This document shows, one piece after another, positions 50,309 through 60,364 of a stretch of DNA of 64,000 nucleotides. The notes below the pieces were generated by a model. It did not search any database. It had not been told where the DNA came from and saw nothing but the letters and a program-made list of their open reading frames with translations. The stretch covers positions 1,656 through 65,655 of the forward strand of contig JBBRCK010000005.1 in the NCBI GenBank assembly GCA_038205015.1, given 5' to 3'. Within the stretch, counting starts at the first letter, position 1; every line of letters begins with the position of its first letter. Source of the DNA: Candidatus Levyibacteriota bacterium (GTDB taxonomy: Bacteria; Patescibacteriota; Microgenomatia; Levybacterales; UBA12049). Position numbers and translations under genes: made by a program.

Positions 50309-51232
50309 TCAATTAAGATACATTATTTCTTCTTCCAATTCTATTCCGAATTTTTCTTTTACTTTGTCTTTTGCTAAATTAATTAAACTTACAACATCAT
50401 CGTATTTTGCATTTCCTACATTCACAATAAAATTGGGGTGTTTTTCGGAAATTTGAGCATCACCAACTCGAATCCCTTTTAGATCACAAAGATATAAAAG
50501 TTTTGCAACCGGAATTACAGGAAATGGGTCATCTTTAATATATTGCATTAGATCAGATTTCAAATTTTCTGGAATTTTTTCAAGCGGAACGTTTTTAAAT
50601 GTGCTTCCAATACTTGGCTTATCCATTGGATGTTTTTCGTTTCGATAATTAATCTTTTCCTGAACAAGTTTTTTTATCGTTTCTTTGTCGCCATTTTTTA
50701 ACGCAAAAATAACGGAAATTATTATTTCGTTTTTTGCAAACGTTTTAAAGATACTGGTTCGATAACCGAATTCACACTCGCTATTACTTCTTATTTTTTC
50801 CTCAAGAGTATCCAAATTAATACTCAAAACTTTCTTTACGCTGTCTTTGCTTTCACCTTTAAATGCACCCGCATTTCCCCTAACAGCCCCTCCGATAGTA
50901 CCGGGCAATCCTCCTGCCCATTCAAAACCGGAAAGCGAATTTTCAATACAAAAATTCAAAAAATCAGAAACTAAAACTCCGGCACCAACAACAACTTCTT
51001 CTCCCCTCTTTTCATTTCCCAAGATGTTATTATGAATAACCAATCCGTGAAAACCTCGTTCACTGATTAAAATATTGGTCCCTTTTCCCAAAGTAAATAT
51101 CTTACCCTTATTTCCCCACTCACTTAAACCCTCCAAAAGCTCTTCTTTTGAATTAATCTCGAGAAAATTAGCTGCATTTCCACCTATTTTATAATTGCTG
51201 TAGTCCTTAAGAGGTACATTTTGTCTAATCAT
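50309..51232 (-). CDS. murB: UDP-N-acetylenolpyruvoylglucosamine reductase
   Basis: FAD-binding PCMH domain (..YKIGGNAANFLEI.., ..FTLGKGTNIL..) and MurB C-terminal domain. Confidence 0.85.
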   Translation of the reverse strand: MIRQNVPLKDYSNYKIGGNAANFLEINSKEELLEGLSEWGNKGKIFTLGKGTNILISERGFHGLVIHNNILGNEKRGEEVVVGAGVLVSDFLNFCIENSLSGFEWAGGLPGTIGGAVRGNAGAFKGESKDSVKKVLSINLDTLEEKIRSNSECEFGYRTSIFKTFAKNEIIISVIFALKNGDKETIKKLVQEKINYRNEKHPMDKPSIGSTFKNVPLEKIPENLKSDLMQYIKDDPFPVIPVAKLLYLCDLKGIRVGDAQISEKHPNFIVNVGNAKYDDVVSLINLAKDKVKEKFGIELEEEIMYLN

Positions 51233-51244
51233 AAAGTATTAAGA

Positions 51245-52531
51245 CTATTTTAGAAGTTCTAGGACAGCTTTTTCAAGTTGAGTATCACGGGCTGGATTTT
51301 TTGCATCAAGACTTACCGAAACATCGGGCGTCAGCCCTTTCCCATGCACCCAAGCTCCCTTTGGAGTAAGCCATTTAGCAATTGTGACATGAAGTCCCGA
51401 TCCCCCGCCCAAATCTTCTGCTGCCTGTACTGTTCCCTTACCGTATGATGTTTCTCCGATTAATTTTGCTCTTCCATAATCTTGTAATGCTCCGGAAACA
51501 ATTTCCGAGGCAGATGCGCTTCCCTTGTTAATTAAAACAACAAGCTTTGGGGTTAATAATATCCCATCTCTTTGAGCGAGTAAGTCGGTCTTAGAATTTC
51601 CGTTATCCTCCGACACCACAACTTTTCCTTTTTGAATAAATTCAGAGGCAATAAAAGTTGCATCTGTTAAATAGCCTCCCGGATTATTCCTTAAGTCAAA
51701 AACTATTCCCTTAACATTTTTATTCTGACTAATTTTATCGGCTAGTCCTTTTACCAAGGTTAACCATTCCTGATTCGTATTGTCACCAAATTGTGAAAGT
51801 CTAATGTAAGCAAATTGTGCGCAATCTGAAGCTGTGCAAGCGTCACCTTTTGCTACAACCGAACAGGTCCCATTTGAACACTTAGCATTCCGTAGGTCCA
51901 TTACAACGCTTTTTACGGTAATTACGTCTCTGGTAATTTTTACGTCCTTTTTTTCCTTGGCATCTTTGTGAATAATTGTAATCCTTACATCTGTTCCCTT
52001 TGTTCCCCTAATCTTATCAACCGCCTGAGAAAGGCTCCAGTTGGCAGTAGATTGACCATCAACAGCGATAATTATGTCTCCCGGCTTTATACCTGCTTTT
52101 TCGGCCGGACTTCCATCTAGAGGAGAAATAACCAATATGTCTTTGTTATCATTTGTTCCAAGCTCTGCGCCAATTCCGGAGAACTGCCCTGCCAAACCTT
52201 GTTTAAAATTGGTATTTTGAACTGGAGGAAGATATAGAGTAAACGGATCACCTAAACTTTGAACCATTCCCGCTATTGCTCCATTTAACATTTTTTGTTG
52301 ATCCAATTTTGATTTATCATAGTAATTTGCTAAAACTTTTTGCCAAACAATCCAAAAGGGACCAAAATCTACATTCGAAACCGCAACGGGCGGCTCTTTT
52401 GAAGAAATATTCAAAATTGGTTTATAATTTTTCCAATCTAAATTTACTTTATTTAATCCGAAATAATATCCACCTAAAAATGCGATGGCAATTATTAAAA
52501 TTACTTGAAAAATATTAAATTTTTTATTCAT
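51245..52531 (-). CDS. ctpA: carboxyl-terminal processing protease (S41 family) with PDZ domain
   Basis: PDZ (..GIGAELG..VISPLDGSPAEKAGIKPGDIIIAVDG..) and S41 catalytic region (..VVLINKGSASASEIVSGALQDYGRAKLIGETSYGKG..). Confidence 0.85.
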   Translation of the reverse strand: MNKKFNIFQVILIIAIAFLGGYYFGLNKVNLDWKNYKPILNISSKEPPVAVSNVDFGPFWIVWQKVLANYYDKSKLDQQKMLNGAIAGMVQSLGDPFTLYLPPVQNTNFKQGLAGQFSGIGAELGTNDNKDILVISPLDGSPAEKAGIKPGDIIIAVDGQSTANWSLSQAVDKIRGTKGTDVRITIIHKDAKEKKDVKITRDVITVKSVVMDLRNAKCSNGTCSVVAKGDACTASDCAQFAYIRLSQFGDNTNQEWLTLVKGLADKISQNKNVKGIVFDLRNNPGGYLTDATFIASEFIQKGKVVVSEDNGNSKTDLLAQRDGILLTPKLVVLINKGSASASEIVSGALQDYGRAKLIGETSYGKGTVQAAEDLGGGSGLHVTIAKWLTPKGAWVHGKGLTPDVSVSLDAKNPARDTQLEKAVLELLK

Positions 52532-53271
52532 AAAATAACTATATTTTTATTTTCCCCGTTTAGGTAAACTTTTTTACTTTTACTTTTTACCAGTTTATCA
52601 AAATCTTCTTTAGAAACAATCGCTAAGCTTATATCGATTGGCTTTTCCGCTAAATCAATAAAATCCGTATCTTCAATTTCTGTTGTAATTATCCCTACTA
52701 CGTCAAGTCCAATTGCTTTAAATAAAGAAATTTTATCAATTGATTTTAAAATTAATATCTTATCTTCTACGTCTTTATCCAAATTTTCCAAAGACTCAAT
52801 ATGCAAAAGTTCACCCGTATTTTCTTTTCCAAGACTGTCAATAGCAACTAAAACATTTTTATCTGTTTTAATCACAATTTTTTCATTATTACAAAAATCT
52901 ATAATTCCTTCAACTGGCGAAATTATCGTCTCGGGATTACCTACACTTGGACTTTTGATTACTAAATTCCCTTTTTCCTCATCAATTTTTATGACAGTTC
53001 CTGATAATTCGCTTAAAACTTGTTTAGAGCCCATTCCTAAAGCGCCCTTTTTTACCGCAACTATATCTCCTTTTTCTACCAAATCGCCTAAGTTTTTTTT
53101 AAGAAATTGGGAAATCTTAGCTGGTGGCACGCTTAATTGCAAGGAAATATTGATAGCAGTTTCACCGTACAAATTCTCTTTTTCTGCTAAAATATCACCC
53201 TCTGATACTTTGTCTTTAACAGAAATTTTAGGATTAAATCCATTTGGAAGGATTATCGGCAGCAAAGTCAT
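52528..53271 (-). CDS. hypothetical protein with barrel-sandwich/lipoyl-like beta motifs
   Basis: Repeated ..GD(I/L)(L/V)A.. and ..SGTVIKID.. beta-hairpin-like segments; no confident family. Confidence 0.35.
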   Translation of the reverse strand: MTLLPIILPNGFNPKISVKDKVSEGDILAEKENLYGETAINISLQLSVPPAKISQFLKKNLGDLVEKGDIVAVKKGALGMGSKQVLSELSGTVIKIDEEKGNLVIKSPSVGNPETIISPVEGIIDFCNNEKIVIKTDKNVLVAIDSLGKENTGELLHIESLENLDKDVEDKILILKSIDKISLFKAIGLDVVGIITTEIEDTDFIDLAEKPIDISLAIVSKEDFDKLVKSKSKKVYLNGENKNIVIL

Positions 53272-53280
53272 TTTTAAATT

Positions 53281-53532
53281 TTAAATGGAAACCACAAATG
53301 GCAAAAGAGCCAAGTGCCTTGCGTGTTTTATAGAAAGCGCAACTCTTTTTTGATGTTTTGAACAAAGACCACTTCTAAGTTTTGGGACAATTTTTGCCCT
53401 ATCGGTTATAAATCTATTTAATACTGCTATGTCTTCAAAAGTTGGTTCTTTTTTTTCTGCACAGAAAAAACATTTTTTTGGTGCATTATTTTTTAAATTC
53501 TTTTTAATTATTCTTCTCTTCTTTTTTGGCAT
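53281..53532 (-). CDS. rpsR: 30S ribosomal protein S18
   Basis: CFFCAEKKEP..., ..RSGLCSKHQKRVALSIKHARHLALLPF, the S18 signature. Confidence 0.9.
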   Translation of the reverse strand: MPKKKRRIIKKNLKNNAPKKCFFCAEKKEPTFEDIAVLNRFITDRAKIVPKLRSGLCSKHQKRVALSIKHARHLALLPFVVSI

Positions 53533-53535
53533 ATT

Positions 53536-54030
53536 TTAAAAAGGTATATCATCTGGCGCTATTTCTTCTTCAGCTGGCGCCTCTTCTTGTGCTGATTCAT
53601 CTTTTTCAATTTTTTCAACTTTCTCAACTTTTTTTGCTTTCTTTGGCTCTTCATCAGACACTGGCTCACTAACAGTATGACTCTCTTCTCCTGGTTTTCG
53701 ACTGTCAAGTAAAATCATGTCGTTGATTACGATTTCTGTGGTTTGTTTTTGTGTTCCATCCTGCGCATTCCAACTTCTGGTTAAAAGCCTACCTTCTACA
53801 AAAACTTTTCTACCCTTAGTAAGAAATTGTGAACATAATTCCGCTAACTTATTCCAAGCAACAATTCTGTGAAATTCAACTTCATCTTTTTTCTCTCCGG
53901 TATCGGTTGTCCAAGACCTATTTGTTGCAACTGAAAAAGAACAAACCGCACTACCACTAGGAGTATATCTAAGCTCTGGATCTCTGGTTAAATTTCCGAT
54001 TAATTGAACTCTATTTAAACTTCTTGCCAT
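53536..54030 (-). CDS. ssb: single-stranded DNA-binding protein
   Basis: MARSLNRVQLIGNLTRDPELRYTPSGSAVCSFSVATN.. OB fold, acidic C-terminal tail ending DDIPF. Confidence 0.9.
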   Translation of the reverse strand: MARSLNRVQLIGNLTRDPELRYTPSGSAVCSFSVATNRSWTTDTGEKKDEVEFHRIVAWNKLAELCSQFLTKGRKVFVEGRLLTRSWNAQDGTQKQTTEIVINDMILLDSRKPGEESHTVSEPVSDEEPKKAKKVEKVEKIEKDESAQEEAPAEEEIAPDDIPF

Positions 54031-54049
54031 ATATTTTATCCCTTTGGGA

Positions 54050-54328
54050 TTATTTAATTCTTAAAAGTAAATGTCTTAAAACTTCATCTGCTGCCAAAAG
54101 TCTTTTTTCTAAATCTTTAGAAAATTCTTCTGTTAATTCAAAAAGATAATTTACATAAAATCCGGAATTTTCTCTTTTTATAGAATAAGAAAGAGGCTTA
54201 TCCCCCAACATATCTTCCTTAGTAAACTTGGCACCTTTTACCCAAGATTTTACTGTTTCTAAAAATTTTTTCCTGTTTACCTCTGTTAAAGATGATTTTA
54301 AAACCAAAACTAACTGATAATTTCTCAT
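54050..54328 (-). CDS. rpsF: 30S ribosomal protein S6
   Basis: From the internal Met MRNYQLVLVLKSSL..; rpsF-ssb-rpsR synteny. Confidence 0.85.
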   Translation of the reverse strand: MRNYQLVLVLKSSLTEVNRKKFLETVKSWVKGAKFTKEDMLGDKPLSYSIKRENSGFYVNYLFELTEEFSKDLEKRLLAADEVLRHLLLRIK

Positions 54329-54375
54329 GTCGGGTTTAATATTACCATACTGGGCATTTTGAAGCAAGAATTAAA

Positions 54376-55332
54376 TTAAGCAGCCTGTTTTAATTGAACT
54401 GCGACCAAATTTCCTCCGGGATGAGCTCCTTCATGCTCACCTGAATATCTTCGGGAAAAAACTAATCTATTTGCCGCGTCCACATATGTGTCTCTTCTTA
54501 TTGCTTGAATATTTTCAGGCCTGATGCCTGCTTGAATTGCTTGCATCTCAAAAGCACTTAGAATATCAACATATCTTTTCTCGGTAGGGTCATCTGTTTG
54601 TTTTGAAGTTATAAAGGGACCCCAGTTTCTTTCGATAATTCCATTTGCTCTTTCTTTAATCTCATTTCCAACTTTCCATTCCTGAGAAATATAATAATTC
54701 TCTTGAGAAACTCCAGGAAAAACAGTAATTATGGCTTTTGACAAATCAACTCCCAATTCATCCTGTAAATACCATAATCCTTGTCTAGTCATTCCAGCGT
54801 TGGTTGCGTCTGCTCCGCTATGGTCTATTGCCACCAAAGGATTCCCAAATTTATCTTTACAATAAATAACTGCAACAGGACAATCCGCAGGTTTTATCAT
54901 TAAAGTAACTTGGGAATCTCTGGTATAAACCATATTGCCAACCACTTTTGTCTTATCTTTTAAAGTATCCAAATCAACTTCTTCAATCTGAGCATCTGTT
55001 CCTTCAAATTTTCCCAAAACCTGAATTATTGGACCAGTAAAACCTTGGGAATCTAAAAATTCTCTGGTATTTCTTTCTCCTGTTACTTCACTTTCTGTTG
55101 ATTTATCAAAAAAAACCGCGGACATATTAGGCGAATCTTTTCCATAAGAAAATCTAGCTAAAACAGGCTTCCCTTCCAAGCTTTCAAGTTTTGAAAAAAG
55201 TCCCACTCTGTTTTCAAACCCAGGAACATATTCAATTTCTGTCAGTTCCTCAACTCTAGTTAAACCTTCTGCCACTTCTGCTTCTCTTATTGCAAATTTT
55301 TGCTCTATCCGGTCTTCCATATTAACTTCCAA
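54376..55332 (-). CDS. YfiH/PgeF (DUF152) family purine-nucleoside phosphorylase/peptidoglycan-editing-factor-like protein, divergent
   Basis: ..KPADCPVAVIY.. (ADC motif), ..IDHSGADATNAG.., C-terminal ..FSRRYSGEHEG....NLVAVQL, resembling the family C-terminus. Confidence 0.5.
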   Translation of the reverse strand: MEVNMEDRIEQKFAIREAEVAEGLTRVEELTEIEYVPGFENRVGLFSKLESLEGKPVLARFSYGKDSPNMSAVFFDKSTESEVTGERNTREFLDSQGFTGPIIQVLGKFEGTDAQIEEVDLDTLKDKTKVVGNMVYTRDSQVTLMIKPADCPVAVIYCKDKFGNPLVAIDHSGADATNAGMTRQGLWYLQDELGVDLSKAIITVFPGVSQENYYISQEWKVGNEIKERANGIIERNWGPFITSKQTDDPTEKRYVDILSAFEMQAIQAGIRPENIQAIRRDTYVDAANRLVFSRRYSGEHEGAHPGGNLVAVQLKQAA

Positions 55333-56389
55333 TCTTGAATTCTACTACATCACCATCTTGCATTACATAATCTTTTCCTTCTAAAAGCGCTTTTCCGTGC
55401 TCGCGGCTTCTCTTCCAACCATTAAATTCTACAAAATCTTTAAAGTGAACGACTTCTGCTTTAATAAATTTTTTCATAAAATCTGTGTGAATTTCTCCGG
55501 CGGAAATTAAAGCAGTTGAACCTTTTTTAATAGTCCACGCCCTTATTTCTTTTTCTCCACAAGTTAAGTAAGAAATTAAATTTAGCATTTTATAACCTTC
55601 CTGTATTACTCTTTCTAGTCCCGAATGCTCAACTCCTAAGGTTTTAAGATAGTCTTTTTGTTCTTCTTCATTTAACTCCGCGAGTTCTGATTCTGTTTTT
55701 GCACAAACTGCAATAACGTCCGGTCCAAAATCTTTACTAAGATCTTCTTCGTCTACATTTGCGATGACAAACATCGGCTTATTGGTCAAGAGTTGAAGAC
55801 TGGTAGTGGCGATTCTTTCTTCTTCTGTTAATAAAACATCTTTTGCAAGACTTCCCTGATTTAGTGCAGGAATTAATTTTTGTACCGCGCTCCACCTATA
55901 CAAATCCTCTTTCGTGGGAGCTTTTTTAGGCTCTCTTTGATTTTGCAAAGTTTCCAAATCAGCCAAAATTAATTCTGCATTAACAACTTCGAAATCATCT
56001 TTCGCATTGCTTGATGAATCACTTCTTACAACGTTATCATCCTTAAAATGTCTTACCACTTGAGCAATTGCGTTAACCTCTCTGATGTGTGATAAGAATT
56101 TATTTCCCAAACCTTCTCCCTGACTTGCACCCTTAACAAGGCCTGCAATATCGACAAAAGAGACAGTTGCAGGAATAATTGGTGGCTCCTTCGGCATTTT
56201 ATGTTCTTCTTTAGTAATTTCTGCTAACTTTAAAAGTCTTTCATCAGGAACAGGAACAATCCCAATGTTTGGTTCTATGGTTGCAAAAGGATAATTTGCC
56301 ACAAAAGCAGTTTGTTTTTTTAACAAGGCGTTAAACAGTGTCGACTTCCCAACATTTGGTAATCCAACAATCCCAATCGAAAGATTCAT
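55322..56389 (-). CDS. ychF: ribosome-binding ATPase YchF (Obg family) with TGS domain
   Basis: GIVGLPNVGKSTLFNALL (G1), ..FATIEPN.. (G2), ..DIAGLVKGAS.., C-terminal TGS/MoaD-like domain. Confidence 0.9.
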   Translation of the reverse strand: MNLSIGIVGLPNVGKSTLFNALLKKQTAFVANYPFATIEPNIGIVPVPDERLLKLAEITKEEHKMPKEPPIIPATVSFVDIAGLVKGASQGEGLGNKFLSHIREVNAIAQVVRHFKDDNVVRSDSSSNAKDDFEVVNAELILADLETLQNQREPKKAPTKEDLYRWSAVQKLIPALNQGSLAKDVLLTEEERIATTSLQLLTNKPMFVIANVDEEDLSKDFGPDVIAVCAKTESELAELNEEEQKDYLKTLGVEHSGLERVIQEGYKMLNLISYLTCGEKEIRAWTIKKGSTALISAGEIHTDFMKKFIKAEVVHFKDFVEFNGWKRSREHGKALLEGKDYVMQDGDVVEFKIGS

Positions 56390-56481
56390 AAGAGAATTAT
56401 ATCAGAATCTTTTTTAACCTACTGTACTTTCGCTTTTTACAGGCGTCAAATAGTAATTAAAATTACATACTGCCTATAAAA

Positions 56482-56913
56482 TTGATATATAATAAAATTA
56501 TGAAAAAGGTCAAAGGATTCTCTGAAGCAGAAAAAACGGCAATGAAAGACCGCGTAGAAGAACTGAAAAGAGACAAAAAAGATGGAGAAAAAGCAGTTCT
56601 TGAAAAAATTGAACAGATGCCTGAACCAGACCGCAGCTTAGCTAAAAAACTTCATGCTCTTATTAAAAAAACAGCGCCAACATTAACTTCCAGAACTTGG
56701 TATGGAATGCCAGCATATGCAAATAAAGAGGATAAGGTTATCTGCTTTTTCCAAAACGCCAGTAAGTTTAAAGTAAGATACGCAACTCTTGGCTTTTCCG
56801 ATGTGGCGAATCTTGATGAGGACGATATGTGGCCGACTTCCTTTGCTCTGAAAAAGCTAACTTCCACAGAAGAAGAAAAAATTACTGCGCTAATAAATAA
56901 AGCAATAAATTAA
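56482..56913 (+). CDS. DUF1801 (YdhG-like) domain protein
   Basis: ..[34 protein letters not shown].., a pattern of the YdhG/iron-chaperone-like family. Confidence 0.5.
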   Translation: MIYNKIMKKVKGFSEAEKTAMKDRVEELKRDKKDGEKAVLEKIEQMPEPDRSLAKKLHALIKKTAPTLTSRTWYGMPAYANKEDKVICFFQNASKFKVRYATLGFSDVANLDEDDMWPTSFALKKLTSTEEEKITALINKAIN

Positions 56914-56916
56914 AAA

Positions 56917-57615
56917 CTAGATATCCCCCTTAAGGTATTTTTGGCGTAATTCTTCCGGAAATTTTTCTATTGAATATCTAAGTGCAGTTCTACCCATTTT
57001 TTTATAATGTTTTTGTAAAAAATTCTTCTCCTGCCTTAAATCTCTTTTGCCAATTTCTCTTAACATCCAGCCGACTGCTTTTTGTATTAAATCTTCTTTG
57101 TCTTCAATTAACATTTCCGCAATTTTTAATGATGTTTCAAAATTTTTATCTCTTATGAATTCAAAAGTGGAAATTATTGATATTCTTTTTTCCCAAAGAT
57201 TACTACTCTTGGCCAATTTTAATAGAACATCTTTAGGTTTATCAATTAGATATCTACCAACGATTTCGTGCGAAGATAAATCAACTAAATCCCAATTATT
57301 TATATACTTGGTATTCTTTAAATAAAATTCATAAATTTTCTTTCTGTCTTGAAGATTTTTTTTGAAGTTATGAACCAGTATTAAAAGCGCGATTAATCTT
57401 TCTTCATGGATTTTAGACTTTAATAACTCCTGAATTTCTTTAAATTGAAGATTTTTATATTTTATTGCGATTTCTCGAGACTGAGGAACAGTTAATCCTG
57501 CAAATATATCCCCTTCTCCGTATTCTCCTTTTCTTGTTTTAAAAAACCCTTGCAAAAGTACGGCTTTCTTTTTATTCGATAATTTTTCAACTTCTTTTTT
57601 TAAATCTTTAAGCAT
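56917..57615 (-). CDS. DNA alkylation repair enzyme (AlkD/AlkC-like HEAT-repeat glycosylase)
   Basis: ..NNWDLVDLSSHEIVGRYL.., characteristic of the AlkD family; all-helical 232 aa. Confidence 0.65.
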   Translation of the reverse strand: MLKDLKKEVEKLSNKKKAVLLQGFFKTRKGEYGEGDIFAGLTVPQSREIAIKYKNLQFKEIQELLKSKIHEERLIALLILVHNFKKNLQDRKKIYEFYLKNTKYINNWDLVDLSSHEIVGRYLIDKPKDVLLKLAKSSNLWEKRISIISTFEFIRDKNFETSLKIAEMLIEDKEDLIQKAVGWMLREIGKRDLRQEKNFLQKHYKKMGRTALRYSIEKFPEELRQKYLKGDI

Positions 57616-57748
57616 AAATGTGATTTAAATTTACTACCACATTTATTTCTTGTCAACTTATTTAAAATTTGGTTATATTTGTAATTCAAATCACATCCAT
57701 TAATTGTTAAAAATATTAAAGTTATTTTTAAGAAAGGAGGTAAATAAA

Positions 57749-57976
57749 ATGAAGACAATGACTTGTCGACAAATGGGTGGACCCTGCGATGCTTCAATTT
57801 CCGGTGAAAGTGCTGAAGAAATGATGACAAACGGAGCAGCTCATATTTCATCAATGGATGACGAAGGACACAAAAAGGCTGTAGAAATGATGGAAGAAAT
57901 GCAAAACAATCCAGATGCTGGAAAAGTATGGAATGAAGATTTTGCTAAAAAATTTGCAGAACTTCCGGAAGCCTAA
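57749..57976 (+). CDS. DUF1059 small metal-binding protein
   Basis: MKTMTCRQMGGPCDASISGESAEEMMTNGAAHISSM...; strong SD AAGGAGG 8 nt upstream. Confidence 0.55.
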   Translation: MKTMTCRQMGGPCDASISGESAEEMMTNGAAHISSMDDEGHKKAVEMMEEMQNNPDAGKVWNEDFAKKFAELPEA

Positions 57977-57977
57977 A

Positions 57978-58148
57978 TTATTTTTTTCGGGTTAACAAAA
58001 ATATATTCAACAGTAATACTGTCATTAAACCGATGTAAGAAAATATTTGAACATTTGTTCCTTTAAAATTCTCATCAATTCCGTTATATGTCAACCACAA
58101 GATAAAGACAACATTTCCTAGTATTGCAATTACTTTAAGATTCTTCAT
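57978..58148 (-). CDS. small two-TM membrane ORF (56 aa) downstream of the CDF transporter gene
   Basis: MKNLKVIAILGNVVFILWLTYNGIDENFKGTNVQIFSYIGLMTVLLLNIFLLTRKK; weak RBS; missed by the track (<60 aa). Confidence 0.25.
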   Translation of the reverse strand: MKNLKVIAILGNVVFILWLTYNGIDENFKGTNVQIFSYIGLMTVLLLNIFLLTRKK

Positions 58149-58158
58149 AAATTACAAA

Positions 58159-59097
58159 CTATCTTCTTGGTGTATCTAGCTCTACCTGAACGTATTTTGC
58201 CGATGGAACTTCCAATTGAATCCTGTCTTTAATTTCATCTGTTAGTTTTTCTAATTCTCTTGTTCCAAGTCTTGATTTCATGTGCACAAACATATTTACT
58301 AAAAGTTTTTCAGATCCCAAGTGCAATGTTTTTATTTCCAAAACTTCGTCTACCTCCTCTATCTCCAAAGCGGCATTCTTTATTCTTTGCTCAGTTTCCA
58401 CCGAAGCGCTTTTACCAATTAAAAGTTCTCTTATTCCAAGTACTAAAAAAATTGCAAATATTGCCAACACAATTCCAATAACCATTGCTCCTAAACCGTC
58501 AAATCGTTGGTCTCCAGTAAAAGCATAAATTCCAAGAGCAATAGCCCCCAAAAGCGATGCGCAAGTTCCCATTAAATCTAAAATAAAAGTAGTTTTAGTT
58601 TCGACTAAAGAAGATCGGAAAAAAATTTTAAATATTAGTTTTGCCGGTCTTCTTCTTAAAAGACGCATAAAACTTAATGTAAAACCATATCCGTTAGTAA
58701 AAAAAGTCAAAATTAAAATAAATATAGCCAAATTAATATCTCTTATCGGCTCAGGGTGAAAAAACCTTTGCCAACCAAAATAAAATGATAAAGTAGATGT
58801 TAATCCAAACATTACTAACGCCGATAAAAGACTCCAAAAATAAATTTCGGTTCCGTAACCGAATGGATGAATTTTATCTTCTTTTTGATTTGAACGGAAA
58901 AATCCTATTAACAAAAATCCCGAGGATGCTAAATCGGATATCCCTTCTAAAAATTGGGTAAACATTATTATGCTCCCGGAAAGAATTGCAACTGAAAAAT
59001 TTAATACTACATCCAGAACATCTACTAAAAATGACGTAATAATTACTCTTTTTGAAGATATTCTTTGCTCTTTTAAAACTTCTGAAGATTTATCCAT
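58159..59097 (-). CDS. cation diffusion facilitator family metal efflux transporter
   Basis: 6 TM with conserved TM2/TM5 acidic/His sites and a C-terminal cytoplasmic CTD (..LHLGSEKLLVNMFVHM..). Confidence 0.75.
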   Translation of the reverse strand: MDKSSEVLKEQRISSKRVIITSFLVDVLDVVLNFSVAILSGSIIMFTQFLEGISDLASSGFLLIGFFRSNQKEDKIHPFGYGTEIYFWSLLSALVMFGLTSTLSFYFGWQRFFHPEPIRDINLAIFILILTFFTNGYGFTLSFMRLLRRRPAKLIFKIFFRSSLVETKTTFILDLMGTCASLLGAIALGIYAFTGDQRFDGLGAMVIGIVLAIFAIFLVLGIRELLIGKSASVETEQRIKNAALEIEEVDEVLEIKTLHLGSEKLLVNMFVHMKSRLGTRELEKLTDEIKDRIQLEVPSAKYVQVELDTPRR

Positions 59098-59123
59098 TAA
59101 TTTATTATAGCAATAATTTGTTA

Positions 59124-59660
59124 TTAATTTTTAGCTTGCACTAGCGCATCTGTTAAAGATGCAATAAATGCCGGAGACGTAGCTGAAGCGCCCGAAACTC
59201 CACTTACGTTTGCACTCTGTGCTTGTATTGCTTCCTGTTTTAATAAAGGTATTGCCTGAGAATTTATACTACGTGAAGTTCCATTATCATTTGGATATTG
59301 CAGAAAAATCACATCTGTAATTTTTCCACCGTTTATAATTGCTTGCACCTGAATATTTCCATAATATGCATCTTGAACACTTCCCGTAAAGCTTCCATTT
59401 TTATACATTCCCGCGGACACTGGCGTGGTTGTTGGAAGTAGTGGTGGATTTGTTAAAGCAATTGTTGGAAGGGGTTTATTTATATTTTGAACGGGCTTTG
59501 TGGCTTCCGACGGTGTTGGCGTTTCGGTTAAAAAGGGAGTTGGACTTAATTGATTCGGCTTAATACTTACAACAATATCATCACCTAATTTTGCGTTCCT
59601 AAGCCAAACTAAAAAAAATAAAACAGACAAAACCGTGGTAATTTGAAAATATTTTCTCAT
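59124..59660 (-). CDS. extracytoplasmic FMN-binding domain protein (FMN_bind; putative ApbE substrate)
   Basis: Signal anchor; ..YKNGSFTGSVQDAYYGNIQVQAIINGGKITDVIF.. and a candidate flavinylation site ..NVSGVSGASATSPAFI.. ([S/T]GA[S/T]-like). Confidence 0.6.
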   Translation of the reverse strand: MRKYFQITTVLSVLFFLVWLRNAKLGDDIVVSIKPNQLSPTPFLTETPTPSEATKPVQNINKPLPTIALTNPPLLPTTTPVSAGMYKNGSFTGSVQDAYYGNIQVQAIINGGKITDVIFLQYPNDNGTSRSINSQAIPLLKQEAIQAQSANVSGVSGASATSPAFIASLTDALVQAKN

Positions 59661-59716
59661 TATAATACTTAATTATTGTACATAATTTTCTTGAAATTTT
59701 CCTGAAATGATTATAA

Positions 59717-60364
59717 TTACTCTCGGGGACTTTCTTCCGTATGATTCTGATTAAAATTTGAGCTATCTTCTTTTTCCACTTCTTTTCGTCTGTCCTCTGT
59801 TTGTCTTAAAATATGCTCTATTTCTAATTTACTACCATCAGACGCTACTCTACTTGCATCCCGAAGATTATCTCCACTCTCTTTAATTATTTTATTGTTA
59901 ACAACTTTATTGTCACTTAATTCATTCTCATAATCTTTTATAGCATTTATTAAATTAGTTGAATTTTTCTTATTCCTTGGATCTGACAGTAATTTTACCT
60001 CCTGACTTCTCCTTTTTAATATTTCTCCCTTAAATGACGGGCTTACTTTCCTAGCAATATCTTCTGATATTCTTTTTACAGGATATAACGGTTGTCCGGG
60101 AAGACTATCCTGTGCACTAACAAGTGTTGAAAAACTTATAAAAAATAATATTACCAAGACGTAGGCAAAAAGTTGTCTATGAAGAGAAAAAAAGTTTTTT
60201 GAAGTATTTTTTTGTCTTAAAAATTTAGTCTTTATTTCAAAGGACCTTTCTATTTTTATTGAGTTTGAAAAATTCTTTGATAAAAGTGCCAGCTCTTCCG
60301 CTTCTTTATCTGTTGCACCCTCTTGTTTTAATTCTAGAATTAATTTATCTAAATCGTTACTCAT
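59717..60364 (-). CDS. membrane-anchored anti-sigma-factor-like protein (DUF5667-like extracytoplasmic domain)
   Basis: Cytoplasmic N-terminus, one TM (LFAYVLVILFFISFSTLV), extracytoplasmic ..PGQPLYPVKR..; ATGA overlap with the upstream ECF sigma gene. Confidence 0.5.
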   Translation of the reverse strand: MSNDLDKLILELKQEGATDKEAEELALLSKNFSNSIKIERSFEIKTKFLRQKNTSKNFFSLHRQLFAYVLVILFFISFSTLVSAQDSLPGQPLYPVKRISEDIARKVSPSFKGEILKRRSQEVKLLSDPRNKKNSTNLINAIKDYENELSDNKVVNNKIIKESGDNLRDASRVASDGSKLEIEHILRQTEDRRKEVEKEDSSNFNQNHTEESPRE